A stretch of 64,000 bases of DNA from Bugula neritina (taxonomy: Eukaryota; Animalia; Bryozoa): NCBI GenBank assembly GCA_964035545.1, contig OZ037768.1, positions 22,911,319 through 22,975,318 on the forward strand, in the 5' to 3' direction. Below the pieces are notes generated by a model. That model did no database searches. It was given only the letters and a program-made list of their open reading frames with translations, and was not told where the DNA came from. Below, piece by piece: positions 1 to 13,635 of the stretch. A program made the position numbers and the translations under genes. Numbering within the stretch: position 1 is the stretch's first letter; the number at the start of each line of letters is the position of its first letter.

Positions 1-363
1 TTGTTCACGCACTTGCACTTGCAGCAGAAGGACGTCTGCTAATGATTATTTTGCAGACTACATTTGAATTCGTGTGCTCCTGGATTACAATATCCCATAA
101 ATCAATTCGCTGCGCTACCTCCCTATCAATCAGCTATTATGAAACCTGTCAGCTGTTAATTGATGTCACTAGGTGCCAAGTTAAAGTTTTTTCCAACACG
201 TTATTCATTTGATTATTTATATAATACCTGTGTAGTGGTTGTATTAAAATTGTTGTCTGCTGAAATATAGAATTTTGTTTTGTGTGTAAGAAGTGTAGGC
301 AGTATATTCATGTAATGCAATGTAGTAATATGGCAGTATATTCATGTAGTATAATGTTTACAG

Positions 364-3300
364 GTGTAGCCAAGTTCCACGAGTGCAGTGTGAATGAACT
401 AGATCAAAGTGATTTAGACTCTGATAACGTGAGTCTAGCTGGATCTATTTCCATGCTGGACCAGTATGTTGGACACGCTAGAGAGTCTCTCGGAGTGGAA
501 ACTCACATCCCTTCCAGCCTCTGCTCTTCCAGGTATTCACTAACTTCTACTTCATGATGCGTTTTTTCTCTTGACTTGGTGCAAGTTGCTGTAAATTCTT
601 CCAAATCTGCTAAAATTGTGATTCAAAAACAAGTGAAACTAAACAGTGATGTAGTGTTGAGTTTACCCAATAGTCCCTGTGGTGTAATGGTTAGCATGCT
701 AGGTTTGCAAACCCGAGGTCTCAGGTTCGAATCCCAGTAGAGGCAAAAATTTTATAGATGTCTATACTAATTCAGCAAAGTAAATGTAATGTTTATATCC
801 TTCCTGTAGAAGCTCGATGCGTGCTGGCTCCGTGCCAAGTACGTCGGGAGTCTACAGTCAGAGTGAGACGGACAGCTGTACAGGAAGTGAGCTGGATGAG
901 TCATGGGCCCACCAACTGGAGGAGATAAGTGGTCGTATCAACTCGGAGAATGATCGAACTGGCTTCCTGAGGATGGTGAATCGAAATCACGTCTTCAACA
1001 GCAGCAACTACAGCCTCAGTAGTTTGTTCAGGTAGTGTTACATTAATAAATACAGTTACAATAATGTTTTTACATAGTGTTACATTAGTAACTACAGCTA
1101 CAATAGTAAGTACAGTCATACTTCTTGGTATAAGTACAGCCACAGCGTTTAAGTCGGACTATTTATTAGTATTTCATTCTGTTCAACATGTAGTTTTAGA
1201 GTTGTCTACCCGGTTGCTAATATCGCTGCAACTATATCAACTCTACCCTTTGATCTCTTACAGTAATAGTTTCTCTGTACACAACTAAGGCAGGTTGAAT
1301 TCTGACCATAAAAGCCATGCTGAGGGAAAATCTATTTTTAAATCAGTCATTACTTTTGTTTTTGTGACAGCTTTATAAGTGATGCTATATTCGGGTGTGT
1401 CCAGCTAATGATTTGTGGAAAGACAGCAGTTTGACATGAGGTCATATCACGACATGGTTGTTTTCTTGTGAAAATATGTCAAACTTGTCTAGTATTTGTG
1501 CTTATTTACCATAGAGTTTGTTATAAATCAAGCTGAAATATGTTTGCACTAAAACATATAAACAATTTCTTCCCAAGATAATCATGTGGCAATAATCATA
1601 ATGATCTTTTGAACTGATTGTGTAAATTATCCGAGTTAATGGGTTGTGATTTGGAATGGAGAGAAGTGGGTTGCTCAGTTTTCACATGTACTTTGAGTAA
1701 TCCGGTAGCTATGTTGTAGCAGGTGCTGCCAGGTTGCTATGCAATGCTGCCACCTTTGTACCGATGAGTCATCTTCATCCCAACTGTGTTATATTTCTAA
1801 CAAGTTGGGAGTTGTCGCATTTTTCAACTGTATAAAAAATCAATAGTAATGAACTGTTCTTCATTACATCAATTTTATAAGTTTCTTGTTTGAATGCGTT
1901 GATGTTATAGTAATAATTTATTTATTATGGCTTTGCATCATAACTAATGAAGTGTGATACATTATCTATATGCGTTTCATTTAATGGTTATATTGTATAA
2001 CCTTTGAAGTATTATAATAATTCAAATTCTGGTTTTGTTATTTAAAAATGTTAGTTTGGGCAAAAAGTGTGAGAATAAAAATATTCACTCAAAGCATTGT
2101 GAATTGAAAATATGTTTAAAAAAGGTTGTTGAAATCACTATATTAACAAGTGATACTAATATAACTTCAACCCTATTCAAACTGCTACTAATGAGTACAG
2201 CAATCTTCTATATAATGTATAGTGAAATTGTTTGCAATATTACATTTATATATAAAGCCATAAAACAGCTTCAATACTATTGAATTATTCAAATAACTTT
2301 AAAGCTGTCTTCTAGTCCTGTAATTGTATGCTTTCCAAATTCAATAATCTGATGTAATGTTACAGTGCCTCTGGTAGTCTAAACAGTTTCAACCTTGGTG
2401 CTAGTCTCAAACGAACATCTCACGCCCCACATTCACTGTCTGGGAAACCGCCACTGGGGGCGCTTTATGACCTACTTATATCTCCTATGGAGGAGCACCT
2501 TCCAGATTCCAGTTCCAACAGTTCTAATAAAGATTTGATACTCGTCCTTCAAGGTGAGGTCTTTAGGCTATGTTAGCCTGTAATTCCTACTTCTATATGT
2601 TAGCCTGTAATTCCTACTTCTATATGTTAGCCTGTAATTCCTACTTCTATACGTTAGCCTGTAATTCCTACTGCTGTATGTTAGCCTGTAATTCCTACTG
2701 CTGTATGTTAGCCTGTAATTCCTACTGCTGTATGTTAGCCTGTAATTCCTACTGCTGTATGTTAGCCTGTAATTCCTACTTCTATATGTTAGCCTGTAAT
2801 TCCTACTTCTATATGTTAGCCTGCAATTCCTACTTCTGTATGTTAGCCTGCAATTCCTACTACTCTTGAACTAGTTATGGTATCTTTTTGTTAACCTAGT
2901 GACTAGTAGGAAAGTTCTATTGAAATATTATATTGTATTTTATACGTAATATTTGTCTTCCCTTTACAGGTGATCTATATTTAGTGCCATTTGCTGTGCT
3001 AAAAGGAACCAAATCTACTCAGCATCTGTACGAGAGGTTCGGGTTGATAGTCTGTCCATCGCTGACAGCGTTGTCTGACAATAGCAGTCCTATGAGACTC
3101 AACTCTGGTTCTAGTGGCGCTCTCGTCATCGGCAACCCTTCCCTACCTCCCAGTATCAAAGAGCAGTGGCACCTGCGGGATTTACCAAGTGCCGAACAGG
3201 AAGCTAAGATTGTCGGGGAAATGATGGGAGTCAAACCTATAACCGGAAAATCCGCCAGCAAAGATGCAGTTTTAAGAAATATTCCAAACACTGAAGTAAG

Positions 3301-6300
3301 TATTGAAACATCTCTCTATGGTTTTATCTGTTCACAACCAGGTTGATGGCTGAGCTAGTTAATTTCTGTATACTATCTCATATAAATAGAAGAAATATCC
3401 AACTCTTTTCTTTAAGTAGCCTATGCTCTTATCTGAGCAATATGCTTTCACTTTGTGAGTCAAGCAAAGCGTACTGCAGCTAGTAAACAGTATTTTAGAT
3501 TAGGAGTTTTCTCCCCAAAGTGACAGTAGGCAACTCCTAAACTTGCTTCATAGACTTAAACATAGGACTGTTTACAAAACAGGTTTTCTTAATGAAAACC
3601 ACTGAAACAATTCTGTTAGACATAATAAAATATGCTTTTTCTTCCTACTTGGTATTCTAAATTTAAACATTAGTTTGTTGCATATTCTCTAAGGTAGTAT
3701 TTAACTAGTCGCTACACTACGGCCATACAGCTAGCTCCAACTCAGGTATGAACGTCTGCAAGTGTCTCTGTACTGTTACTTCAGGTGATTCATATAGCCG
3801 CACACGTCTCCTGGAAACTCTCTTCTGTGGTCCTCTCTCCATCCGAGTATGCTAAATCCTCTGATCAGTTCTCTTTGGATGACTGTCACGAAAGTAGTGC
3901 AGGGAGTGGGGGTGGTGGCTTTGACGCTCCGTCTCTGACGGAATATCTACTGACAGCTGCAGACGTACTCAACACTAAACTACAGTGCAAACTGGTGGTG
4001 CTTAGCTCTGGCCACACAGGTCTGTTACTCACTCTGTTACTCTACTCTCTGTCTGTTGCTCATAGTTACTCTATACTCTGTTAGTCACTCTGTTACTCAC
4101 ACTCTGTTACTAACAGTTACTCTACACTCTTACTAACAGTTACTTTACTCTCTGTTACTCATAGTTACTCTACTCTCTGCTACTTATAGTTACTCTATAC
4201 TCTGTTACTCTGTGTGCTGAAATGGCCAGAGCACTGATAAAATATTTTGACCAAAATATGTAAATATCACTTGAACTCTGCGAACTCATTATTCACACGG
4301 GGAAGCGACTCCTAATTCCAACATGTCTTCTGCAGATGACCAGGCAGGTCGTATCAACTCCGATGGTGTGGTGGGGCTGACTCGCGCCCTCCTGGCAGCG
4401 GGTGCAAAATGCGTTCTCTTCTCACTGTGGCCGGTGCCGGTGGAGGCCTCCAAGCTGTGTATGAAACACTTCTACACGTCTCTCCTCCAGGGATACTCCG
4501 CCAGCAAGGCCCTCGGGGACGCCATGCGGAAAGTGCAGGCGGTGAAACAGTACTCCCACGCCTCTAACTGGGCCGGCTGGGTGTTGGTGGGCAGCGACAT
4601 CAAACTCAGTAGTAAGGTATGTCTAGAAGTTGTCCTCTTTTCTACTCGTATTATTGGAGTTGTCATACTAATACCAATCTAATGTATCACTAGATGACGA
4701 GTACTACTTAGTTTATAAGAATTGTCTCTCCCTACCTTGTTATGTTTCATATTAGCACACACTGTGTTGTATAAAGTTAGCTTTCTGGTTATTGGCTAGC
4801 TACAAGTAGTTGCTTCACGTTGTCCACCAGGTGGCGCTCATGGGCCAGGCCCTGTGTGAGATCATACAGACAACTAACAGGTGCCGGGAGGCCATGAGAG
4901 TTCTGCTGCATCTCATTGAGAAGTCCCTGCAGCGAATCATACAGGGCGAGGAGAAGGGAATGTACACGACTCAAGACAGCATCGAAAGCAAAGTCGGCAG
5001 CATTCCGGGCTGGAAAGACCTTCTCACTTCCGTAGGCTTCAGGTAGGACCAGAAATTGAAAGGTAGTCCTAATATTTACACCACTTTCTATCCTTGTGAA
5101 ATTTTTTTTTAAAAGCGTTTATGGCAAATTGAACCCAAACACATTTAGGAAGCAACATGAATTTGATGTATTTGTTTGGGTATTTCTTCACAGTAGACAA
5201 TACACAATACACAATAGACAATTGCAGCAACTTCAAGTTCAGGCATTTATTAAGCTGTAGTTCTAACTCAGTCGATGTTTGTCACCAGGTTTGAGGCGGG
5301 GGCTAATGGCGCCCCACCCGTAGTGTTCTTCCCTCTGAGTGACCCTGGTGAGAGGCTAACTCAGTGCAGCACCAGTCTGCAGGCCATGCTGGCTCTTCCG
5401 AGAAACGCCCTGACTCCCCTCTCCAAACTTCTCACCAACTACGAGGCCGGAGAGGCTATTATACAGATAGTGAGTATACACTCTGCATACGGTAATGGTC
5501 TGTTGCTATGGTTACGTGTGCCATATTTCTGCACCAGGCACTATAGATGTCAGTATTTTCTTGAAACGACTTGCATTTATTTTGGAAATTTCCATGAAAT
5601 ATCGACTTTATAATTTCTTATGATTGACTTTCGATACTTATCGGACTGCTAGTTGCCTATACAATCAACTGACTGCAAGAAGTAAATTGTTTTGATTATA
5701 TTAAATACTCTGTACATGTATATAATATGTATCAACATATATAGTATGTATCAACATATATAATATATATCAACATATATAATATGTATCAACATATATA
5801 GTATGTATCAACATATATAGTATGTATCAACATATATAATATATATCAACATATATAATATGTATCATCATATATAATATATATCAACATATATAATATG
5901 TATCAACATATATAGTATGTATCAACATATATAGTATGTATCAACATATATAATATATATCAACATATATAATATGTATCAACATATATAATATGTATCA
6001 ACATATATAATATATATCAACATATATAATATGTATCAACATATATAGTATGTATCAACATATATAGTATGTATCAACATATATAATATATATCAACATA
6101 TATAATATGTATCATCATATATAATATGTATCAACGTATATAATATGTATCAACATATATAATATGTATCAACATATATAATATGTATCAACGTATATGA
6201 TATGTATCAACGTATATAATATGTATCAACGTATTTAATATGTATCAACATATATAATATATGTATCAACATATATAGAATATGTATCAACATATATAAT

Positions 6301-9300
6301 ATATGTATCAACATATATATAATATGTATCAACGTATGTATATTGTTCTGATGACATTTCTCTGTTTGCAGCTGAAGGAGCTGATCTCTAAGAACGAGAC
6401 GTTCAGTCAGATGAAGATGCGAGTGAAGTTGTGGAGAGTACCTGGATGTCACGAGTTTCTCGCCTCCCTCGGTACATATTCTTCTATAGTATTCTATCAG
6501 TACTATACTATCAGTACTATACTATCAGTACTAGAGTATAATATCAGTACTAGAGTACATTGTAGTAGTAGCATGATGTAACCGTGCATGTTTGGGATTT
6601 GACCTTGTATGTGTAAGATTTGACCTTGCATGTGTAGGATTTGACCTTGTATGTGTAGGATTTGACCTTGTATGTGTAGGGTTTGACCTTGTGGATGTCG
6701 GGAAAGACGAGGTAACCGTGAGGACAGGAAAGCAGGCTAGCAAGAAGATAATACACTGCGCAGTTCAGGCTCTCATCGTCCTCTTCAATACTCAGGTCTG
6801 TACTGACTTCATACCGGGTGTGTGATGTAATGAGAGTCAGTCGCATCTTAGGAGTTGTTTTCCTTTATTCACAGGAATATAATTATTTCCTTCAACCAAT
6901 TTCAGTTTCAAGCAATAAATATTTACGCCGTAATTTAAAGGAGCTCATAAACCAGGTTTTATCAACTGATTAGGAGTTGTCATATTTTTAAGGAAATGTC
7001 ACCTTCATAGCCTTCCTTGTTCATGTTCTTTTCAACTTATGTTTTAACTTTTGGTTCCAGTACAAACTTCAAGAGATTAGGGAAGCAGGGTATTTTTTGA
7101 CTATTTAATGTCAAGTGCTTTTCTAAAGTTCATGTGAAGGTCACATTAAGGTGAGACGTCTGCATATGTTACAGGAAGCTCCTAGGATGGGCCTATCAGG
7201 AGCGAGCAGCATGGAGAGTCTCAACTCATCTCACAGCAGCTCCAACACAACCACCACCTCCAACTTCAGCAAGGACAGCTCTACCCCCCACGACAGCAGC
7301 ACACCCCCCAGTTCCCCCCACGGGAAGTACTACAGTCCTGCTGGTAGACTCTCCTCTGTCAGGGCACATCATGTGAGTACTACACTGGTCTGCGGATTTA
7401 TTTGAAGTATTTGTATTTTAATGGGTGTAAAAATTTCATCACACTGCAAGTTGTGTGTAAATCTCTTCTTCAGTATTGTTTGTTGTTTATGCTACTGTTT
7501 CTAGCCTATAAATTGTATCACTTTTGGCTGATTGTTTAGGTGAGCTACAACAGCAAGCCCCGCAACCCAAGTGGAAGTTTGCAGAGGCCCAAGCCTGTTA
7601 TGGGCGTGTCTAGAAGTCCCCGAAGCTCCAAATACACTTCACTCAGTGTGGACGATGCATTCAGATATGGGGGTCCTGCAGGTATTCTTCTTACACTCCT
7701 AGTTGATGGTGTGTGTGTGTGTGTCATGTGGTGGTGCAGGGTTAATGTTGATTCAATTATCAGATGTAATTTTACCTGCACTTGTTTCAATTATTTAATA
7801 GCGGTAGCGCGGCACCAATTCCTGGTTTTGTAATCTTTTCTTAAGGGGCTAAAGTTGAAACCCCAATACAAGTAAAGCATTTGACTAACATCTACATTTT
7901 CCACTGTTTTGTTGTGTTGTCATGCTGTATTTTGGTAAACTGCAACTTGAATTTGACACTCTAGAGCAATACCAACTGGAAGGCAGTTTCTCCAGCGATG
8001 TCGATGGTAAATTTTGTGTCAAGTTTATTATCAGACGTGATTAACTTAAGCTTTACGTCTGTTTGCCTTTGCTCCACGTCACTCACACTTTGTTTTTGTT
8101 ACGTTAGAGTTGTCTTGTTCACCTAGTGCCTATTGGATGTCCACATATTTGTTGGAATGCTATGATTGCCTATATTGTTTAGTAGGAATTCATTTCTATA
8201 AATTTTATGAAGTTTTAATACACGTGTACATAGTTAGTGTACCTCTATATTACAATATGCTTAGCCATATAACGACATATAATTTCTGCAGAGAACTATA
8301 TTGTACTATAATATACTAATTTATGGCTTTACACACTTATTTCACACATGCAGGTCGGTTCAGATATGGTGACGATGAGGCTAAAGTGATTGGCATAGAC
8401 AGTGACGGCACCCCGACAGATGACGCTAGCTCCGTGTCTTCTGCTGATACTAAGAGGCCGATGCCTACTCGATTCACCGGCAGATATAATAACAACATGG
8501 ACGTGCGATACACAACCTCTTCACCAAGTGATAGTGAAGGTATAATATGTGCAAAGTCAATATTTCTGTGAACTTAATGAGAAAAAACTGTTCTTTTTTC
8601 ATACTTATTTGCTAAATTAAAAACTTGAATTTGGGATAATTCTATTGATTGTCACTTTGAGTGACTTAAATTTCACAAGGAATGAATTTAAAAATTAAAA
8701 ACAAATCTTTTAACTTTTTCTCTTGATATATTCTTCATCCATTATTCACATTCGACATTGTCATTACCAGGTGCTGTGTCACCTTTGGGCCGAGAGAAAA
8801 CCAGGAAAGTATCTGCACCAACTAATAGAAAAATGGACAGGTTGAAAACCCCCACCAGATCTGAGGCGAAACTCAACGACTCTCAAAGGACGCCAACTAG
8901 ACTGCCCGAGAAAAACAGTGACGGAGTGAGAAGTCGAGGGGCTGCAGCAGAGATGAGTCGATCTCGCCGCATAGTGAACGAGTCCGACTCCAGTGAAGGT
9001 ATGTTGTGTTGTGGAAAGTGATGCAGACATAGTTCATGGGGTCTTACTGATTAAATATTTGTTTCAATGTGTCAACATTATGTTAAAAGTTTGTGTATTT
9101 TGAAGTTGATGTGTATAGTTTTTACGGAGAAAGCAATTCTCTTCAATTAGCAGTTTTTACTGTATTAATTGAATATTTTACAGGGCCGGTCATTGTTTAA
9201 CCGTATCACGGTTGGTAATGTGCATTAGTTTACTGTCTTCTGCATCTTCAGCTAGTTGAGTTGCTCTAGATTATGTAGTGCGGGTGGTTTGTAGATTTTG

Positions 9301-10577
9301 TCATCTGCTGTAGTGCGACTGTACGCCATTCTTTTACAGGAAGTGCATCCAGTTCTCATACGATGACGGCTGCCAGTGTGAAGGACCCGACTTCTCTAGC
9401 CTATCGGATTATGGTTGACGCTAAATCTGAAATCCAAGCAGTAGAGAAGATGCAGCAACTTAGCATCAACCAGAACAGACAGGAAACTCATCGTCTGCGT
9501 CAGGAGTTCTCCGAGAGAGTAGCCAATAGCAATCCGCCACCTGCAGGCTCTGCGAGTAACCTCTCACCCACTGCTACAGGAAGTAAATCGCCAAAGTTAG
9601 TCAAAGAAGTTCATTTCAGCGATGAGCCTCTTAGAGCCAAACCACCAGTCGCTCCTAAGCCAAAGCCTAGAGTGGAGTTTCCGGCGACCAGATTCGGTGC
9701 TAACACCCCAAGCGGTCAGCCAACAAAAGGTGTCCGATTCAAAGATATTCCTGTAGCATTGGAGAGTGACAGTGACATTGAGATGGTGCGGCCTCCACCA
9801 GGCTATGATAATGATTTTGATAATTATGATACGGTGGTTACTAGCACCCATTCTCCTGTGACATCCTTGCAACCACCACCCTACGATGTCGCTTTAAATC
9901 ACCGAACGGTTGTCAAACACGTTAGACAAGCTGAAATTGAGCAACCCGAAGCTGTCACCAGTTTCATGTCTTTGAACAAAGTACCATTAAACAGGAAACA
10001 GCTCTCTGATTCGAGAGAGCAGCTTGTTGATCACTCAGATCAGGATGACAATCTTAATTATTATGAGAATGGAGGATTCGAGGTCTCGGACTCGGAATTT
10101 GAACAGCATAGAGCTACTAGCTTTATGCCAGGTGGTACAACTCCAACTACCAATTCTGTGCAACACAGTAATAGCACCGCCACTTCAGCCAATAGCAACT
10201 CTATACTCAAACCGGCAATCAAACCATACAAGCAGCCAAACAATTTCCACCTGAACAACCAAACGTACATTAATTTACCTCCACCTCAATACAGAAATTC
10301 AGATGTCGAGTCTAACAGCGAGTCCAACTTAACGGATATCTCACAGATGGATTACGTCAATGTATACGAGGATGACGTTAACTCTAATGAGAGATATGTG
10401 TACGATATTAATAATCATTATGTAGACGATTTATATCCTGAGACTAGCCAATCATATTCAAGGCCGGCAAGACATTCTAATAGCAGCAGTAACTCCTGGG
10501 GGTACAACTCCAACCATGCAGCTCCTGGCGCTCTCCCCTTCTACATGGTAGAAGGTATGAAAGCATCAGAATGTTAA
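364..10577 (+). CDS. TTC28: TTC28-like protein (CHAT domain and C-terminal region), 5'-partial multi-exon gene
   Basis: Phase-consistent GT-AG exons: 364-532, 810-1031, 2366-2553, 2970-3295, 3785-4019, 4336-4616, 4831-5042, 5289-5469, 6372-6471, 6680-6795, 7175-7372, 7540-7681, (7965-8006 optional), 8354-8539, 8771-8998, 9340-10577. CHAT motifs LYDLLISP, GDLYLVPFA, ALVIGNP, LPSAEQEA, IHIAAH, DGVVGLTRALLAAGA, SLWPVP, HASNWAGW; TTC28-like downstream blocks KLWRVPGCHEFLASLGFDL and TGKQA. The caspase-like Cys position reads VVLSSG, so it is probably proteolytically inactive. Confidence 0.88.
650..756 (+). mobile_element. short tRNA-derived interspersed repeat (SINE-like / pseudo-tRNA), copy 1
   Basis: A-box TGGTGTAATGG, B-box GGTTCGAATCC and a partly paired acceptor stem; T-arm poorly paired. 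Homologous copy on the minus strand at 45664-45772. Confidence 0.7.
2569..2863. repeat. 27-bp minisatellite, ~11 copies, TTC28 intron
   Basis: Unit TATGTTAGCCTGTAATTCCTACTTCTA; starts ~15 nt after the donor at 2554. Confidence 0.95.
4020..4212. repeat. degenerate CTCTGTTACT-type tandem repeat starting at the donor GT
   Basis: Repeated ctctgttact / agttactcta motifs from the first intronic base. Confidence 0.75.
5718..6340. repeat. ~21-bp AT-rich minisatellite, ~28 copies
   Basis: Unit TATATAATATGTATCAACATA; ends ~30 nt before the acceptor at 6371. Confidence 0.95.
6586..6691. repeat. 21-bp tandem repeat spanning a TTC28 splice acceptor, 5 copies
   Basis: Unit ATGTGTAG|GATTTGACCTTGT; AG ends at 6637, 6658 and 6679. 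Confidence 0.92.
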
Positions 10578-11154
10578 TTGTCCTCTCTTTGAAGCATATC
10601 TTGACTTCACAATGCACTTAGACCAAAGGGTATAGGCATTAAAAAGGATATTGAACGCAGTCCTAGCCAGAATTTATCTGTTTATGAACATCTATACCAA
10701 ATTTACAATTATATTTTATTTACATGATGCTCAGTCTTTCTATATATTTTTTTATTGCCTTTAGTTCTAGAAAATGTTTTTATATTTAATGAAGTTTATG
10801 ATACTTCAATTTTTCTCTGTAGATTTAGCCAGCTACTTATTGTAAAACCATGTAGTATGTATAATGCTGTACATTATCATTTATACAGTGTCTTTGAAAT
10901 CTATGTTTACCAAATATTATGTACATTTGTATATGTATGCATTTATTTGTACTATAAAACTGCTTCTAAATTGATAGACCAGCAGTTGTATGTTTGAAAG
11001 AACCAATTATATTAATATGTAGTAGAAAATGTCGATAATCTATAAAGCAATATATAATAATTACAATGTAAATCTGGCCATGTATTCACTATGAGCCAGA
11101 AGAAATGATCATGCAATACACTGAGTTGTAGTGAATAAGCTAACAGTTAAGGGG

Positions 11155-13635
11155 TCAAGCAGTCTGGGGTTCCCCGGATGAGGTCACATGCGTAGCCTCC
11201 TGCGCCTTCATTACGTCGGGGAGCTCAGGCGGGACGGAGTATGCTGTTATATCTAGTGCTTCGAACTCGCCATCTGTAGGCATTAGAAAACAATCTCAAC
11301 AAAATGTGACATAACGCAGCAGGTGAAACATGTGTCGACAATGATGGAAAACATTATCAAGACTCAACATGAGGCGACAATTTCTGGGGAAATATAAAAA
11401 TTGCTTAATCCTTGTTGAAAAGATGCATCAGGTTGGAGAGCTGTTCTTATTGGACAAAAAAACATTTAGTCTTGAAGCAACTCCAAGTTAAGCTTAGTGA
11501 AGTTCTGCAGTGAATCGTTGCTGTAAGTTTGGTCAGACAACTGTTCATTTAGCAAACAGCACCTGTTAATTTGTGTAACACACCTTTACAACTAGCATTA
11601 GATAACAGCTAGAACCTATGAAGTGTTTGGACTGTAGCTACACCCACATGTTAATATTTCCCTGTATGCCTCAGATTTACACAGCATAACCTATTTCATA
11701 ATTCTTGGAAAACCCTGCCTACATTCCACAGTACTGCTACTACTAGTGCTGCTGATGCTACAGTAGCCCAAGGTCATACTATCACCTGTCACAGTAAACA
11801 TGTAGGCACACTTTCGTTTATTAATATATGAAGGATAATTCACCTGCTTGTCTATAAACTAGGCCAACTTGCGCGGGTGACTGGGCCCTAGCAGTGGCTG
11901 CAGTGTAACCATTGTCTTGGAGATTCTTCTTTTCATCTAGAGGCTGTGAAAGTTAGAGAAATAACACTGTGAATAAGATGCTGATAGACCAGAGAGACTA
12001 AGCTATGGCAGGTGTGACATTTAATACAAGTGACCTCATTTCTAAAGTTGAACAACATTATGTCCTCAGGCAAGACTTTAGTGATGCCTTCTATCATCTT
12101 CTTCAACTCCACAACTGTCGTAGTCTCTTTGCAGTCTGTGAAGATGGTCGTCTTTTTACGTCTGATCATAAGAAATATATCCTGGGAAGTAGAAACACAT
12201 ATTTCAGTACAAACAAACAGCATTTACTACAATCACTATATTTCAGCCAATATCACTTGCAAGAGTTATAATGGTAAAGCAAGCTACTTTTTTGTCTTAT
12301 TATCAAAGCACTGCTTGACTCTAAAACATAAAGAATTTTCTCCTTAGGAGTTCTAAGCTTTTCCACTAATTATTAGATATGAGACAAGCATTACAGCCAT
12401 TAATTACATGTACTAGGTACACTAATAACATATTAACAAGTGTAGGTGGCCATAGTGAGTATACAGTTGTTAAATAACTTCACCAAACACACAAAACACT
12501 ACTTTTTCAAAGTAATTTGTTGACGCCACGATCAGATATTCACAAATGACCCCCCTGGCGATACTATACTATTAGTTACCATTATAGGAAACTTTTTTTA
12601 ACCTGGAATATTATTACTAAACACTAGGCACTGGACTGCTTGGCATATTTAAACTAAATTGTGCAGTAAATTAAAACTGTTTTGCTCTTAGCAAATTTCC
12701 TAGCTAAACCTTATACTATAAATGTTTGATCATCATTAATATTTGATATTAATTAAAGCAGCTTCGGGACAGACAATTAAAAGTAAAACTTAGAAGTTTT
12801 GTAACTTGGTCACTACCATATTGTGCTACACAGCAAGAAAAGCTAATAGATATTAGGAATTGGTGCTTTGCTTTCATGGGCAAAAAACTAGAGCATACAC
12901 AATAGCTCAATGACTCAATATGGAATCTAAAATAAAAGAAACATTGTAAATAAAAATTTAAATAATGCTTAAATTGCCCAAATTTGCTTTCCCTTTAATT
13001 TAGAGCATAAAGTATGATTATAACTGATTGATTTTGAACATAAGCTACCAATGTGACTAAGATTTACTTTATTATTAACTTAAATATCAACTTTGAGAAC
13101 CACAATCATACTAATAATTATAACAATAACTAATATATCAATATAAACGAGACTTTGAGCTAAAAGAAAAGTTAAACTGAAAGTCACATTGCAACTCCTA
13201 GTCACTCTTCTATTATTTTGAAACTTGAAGTCAAATTGAGAATTACCGATTACCAGTGCCACTATCAGTAAAATGAAATGTTACATAATTGAACCATAAG
13301 ATAAATCATCAAATGATTTAAATGTAATGATTAAAACATTGAGCAAATAACGAAGCCAGAGAGAAATGGTGAGCATTATCATTGACAGACATTTTGAGTC
13401 TTTACCAGAGTCCGACTCAACGATTAGAAAAATAATCTGAGAATGATTATCAATATGAATATCATCATGATGATCACAATCATCATCATGATTATCATCA
13501 AATTCAATGATCATGGTGATGGCGATATATAACCATTACGGTTACTCATATTGATATTGTACTGGTACACAATAATAAATTAAACCCTCACAATTACAGT
13601 AACACTAACTGTCTCACAACTTCGTAACTTACCAT
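11155..13635 (-). CDS. ELOB: Elongin B (~122 aa)
   Basis: Exons 13635-13633 (ATG|gtaagt, least certain), 12181-12035, 11943-11844, 11273-11155. Translation [34 protein letters not shown]...[13 protein letters not shown]...[20 protein letters not shown] closely matches Elongin B; total 369 nt. Confidence 0.95.

Noticed and set aside
673-744. functional tRNA gene
   Set aside because: Anticodon and T stems pair poorly and the second copy has a different loop; treated as a tRNA-derived repeat.
2570-2869. 99-aa Cys-rich repeat ORF (MLACNSYFY)n
   Set aside because: Translation of an intronic 27-bp minisatellite; the upstream exon frame hits TAG before it.
6207-6452. minus-strand ORF with (MLIHILY)n
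   Set aside because: Artefact of the 21-bp repeat.
12812-12822. alternative ELOB start exon (ATG|GTAGTG)
   Set aside because: Weaker donor than ATG|GTAAGT at 13633; cannot be excluded without transcripts.
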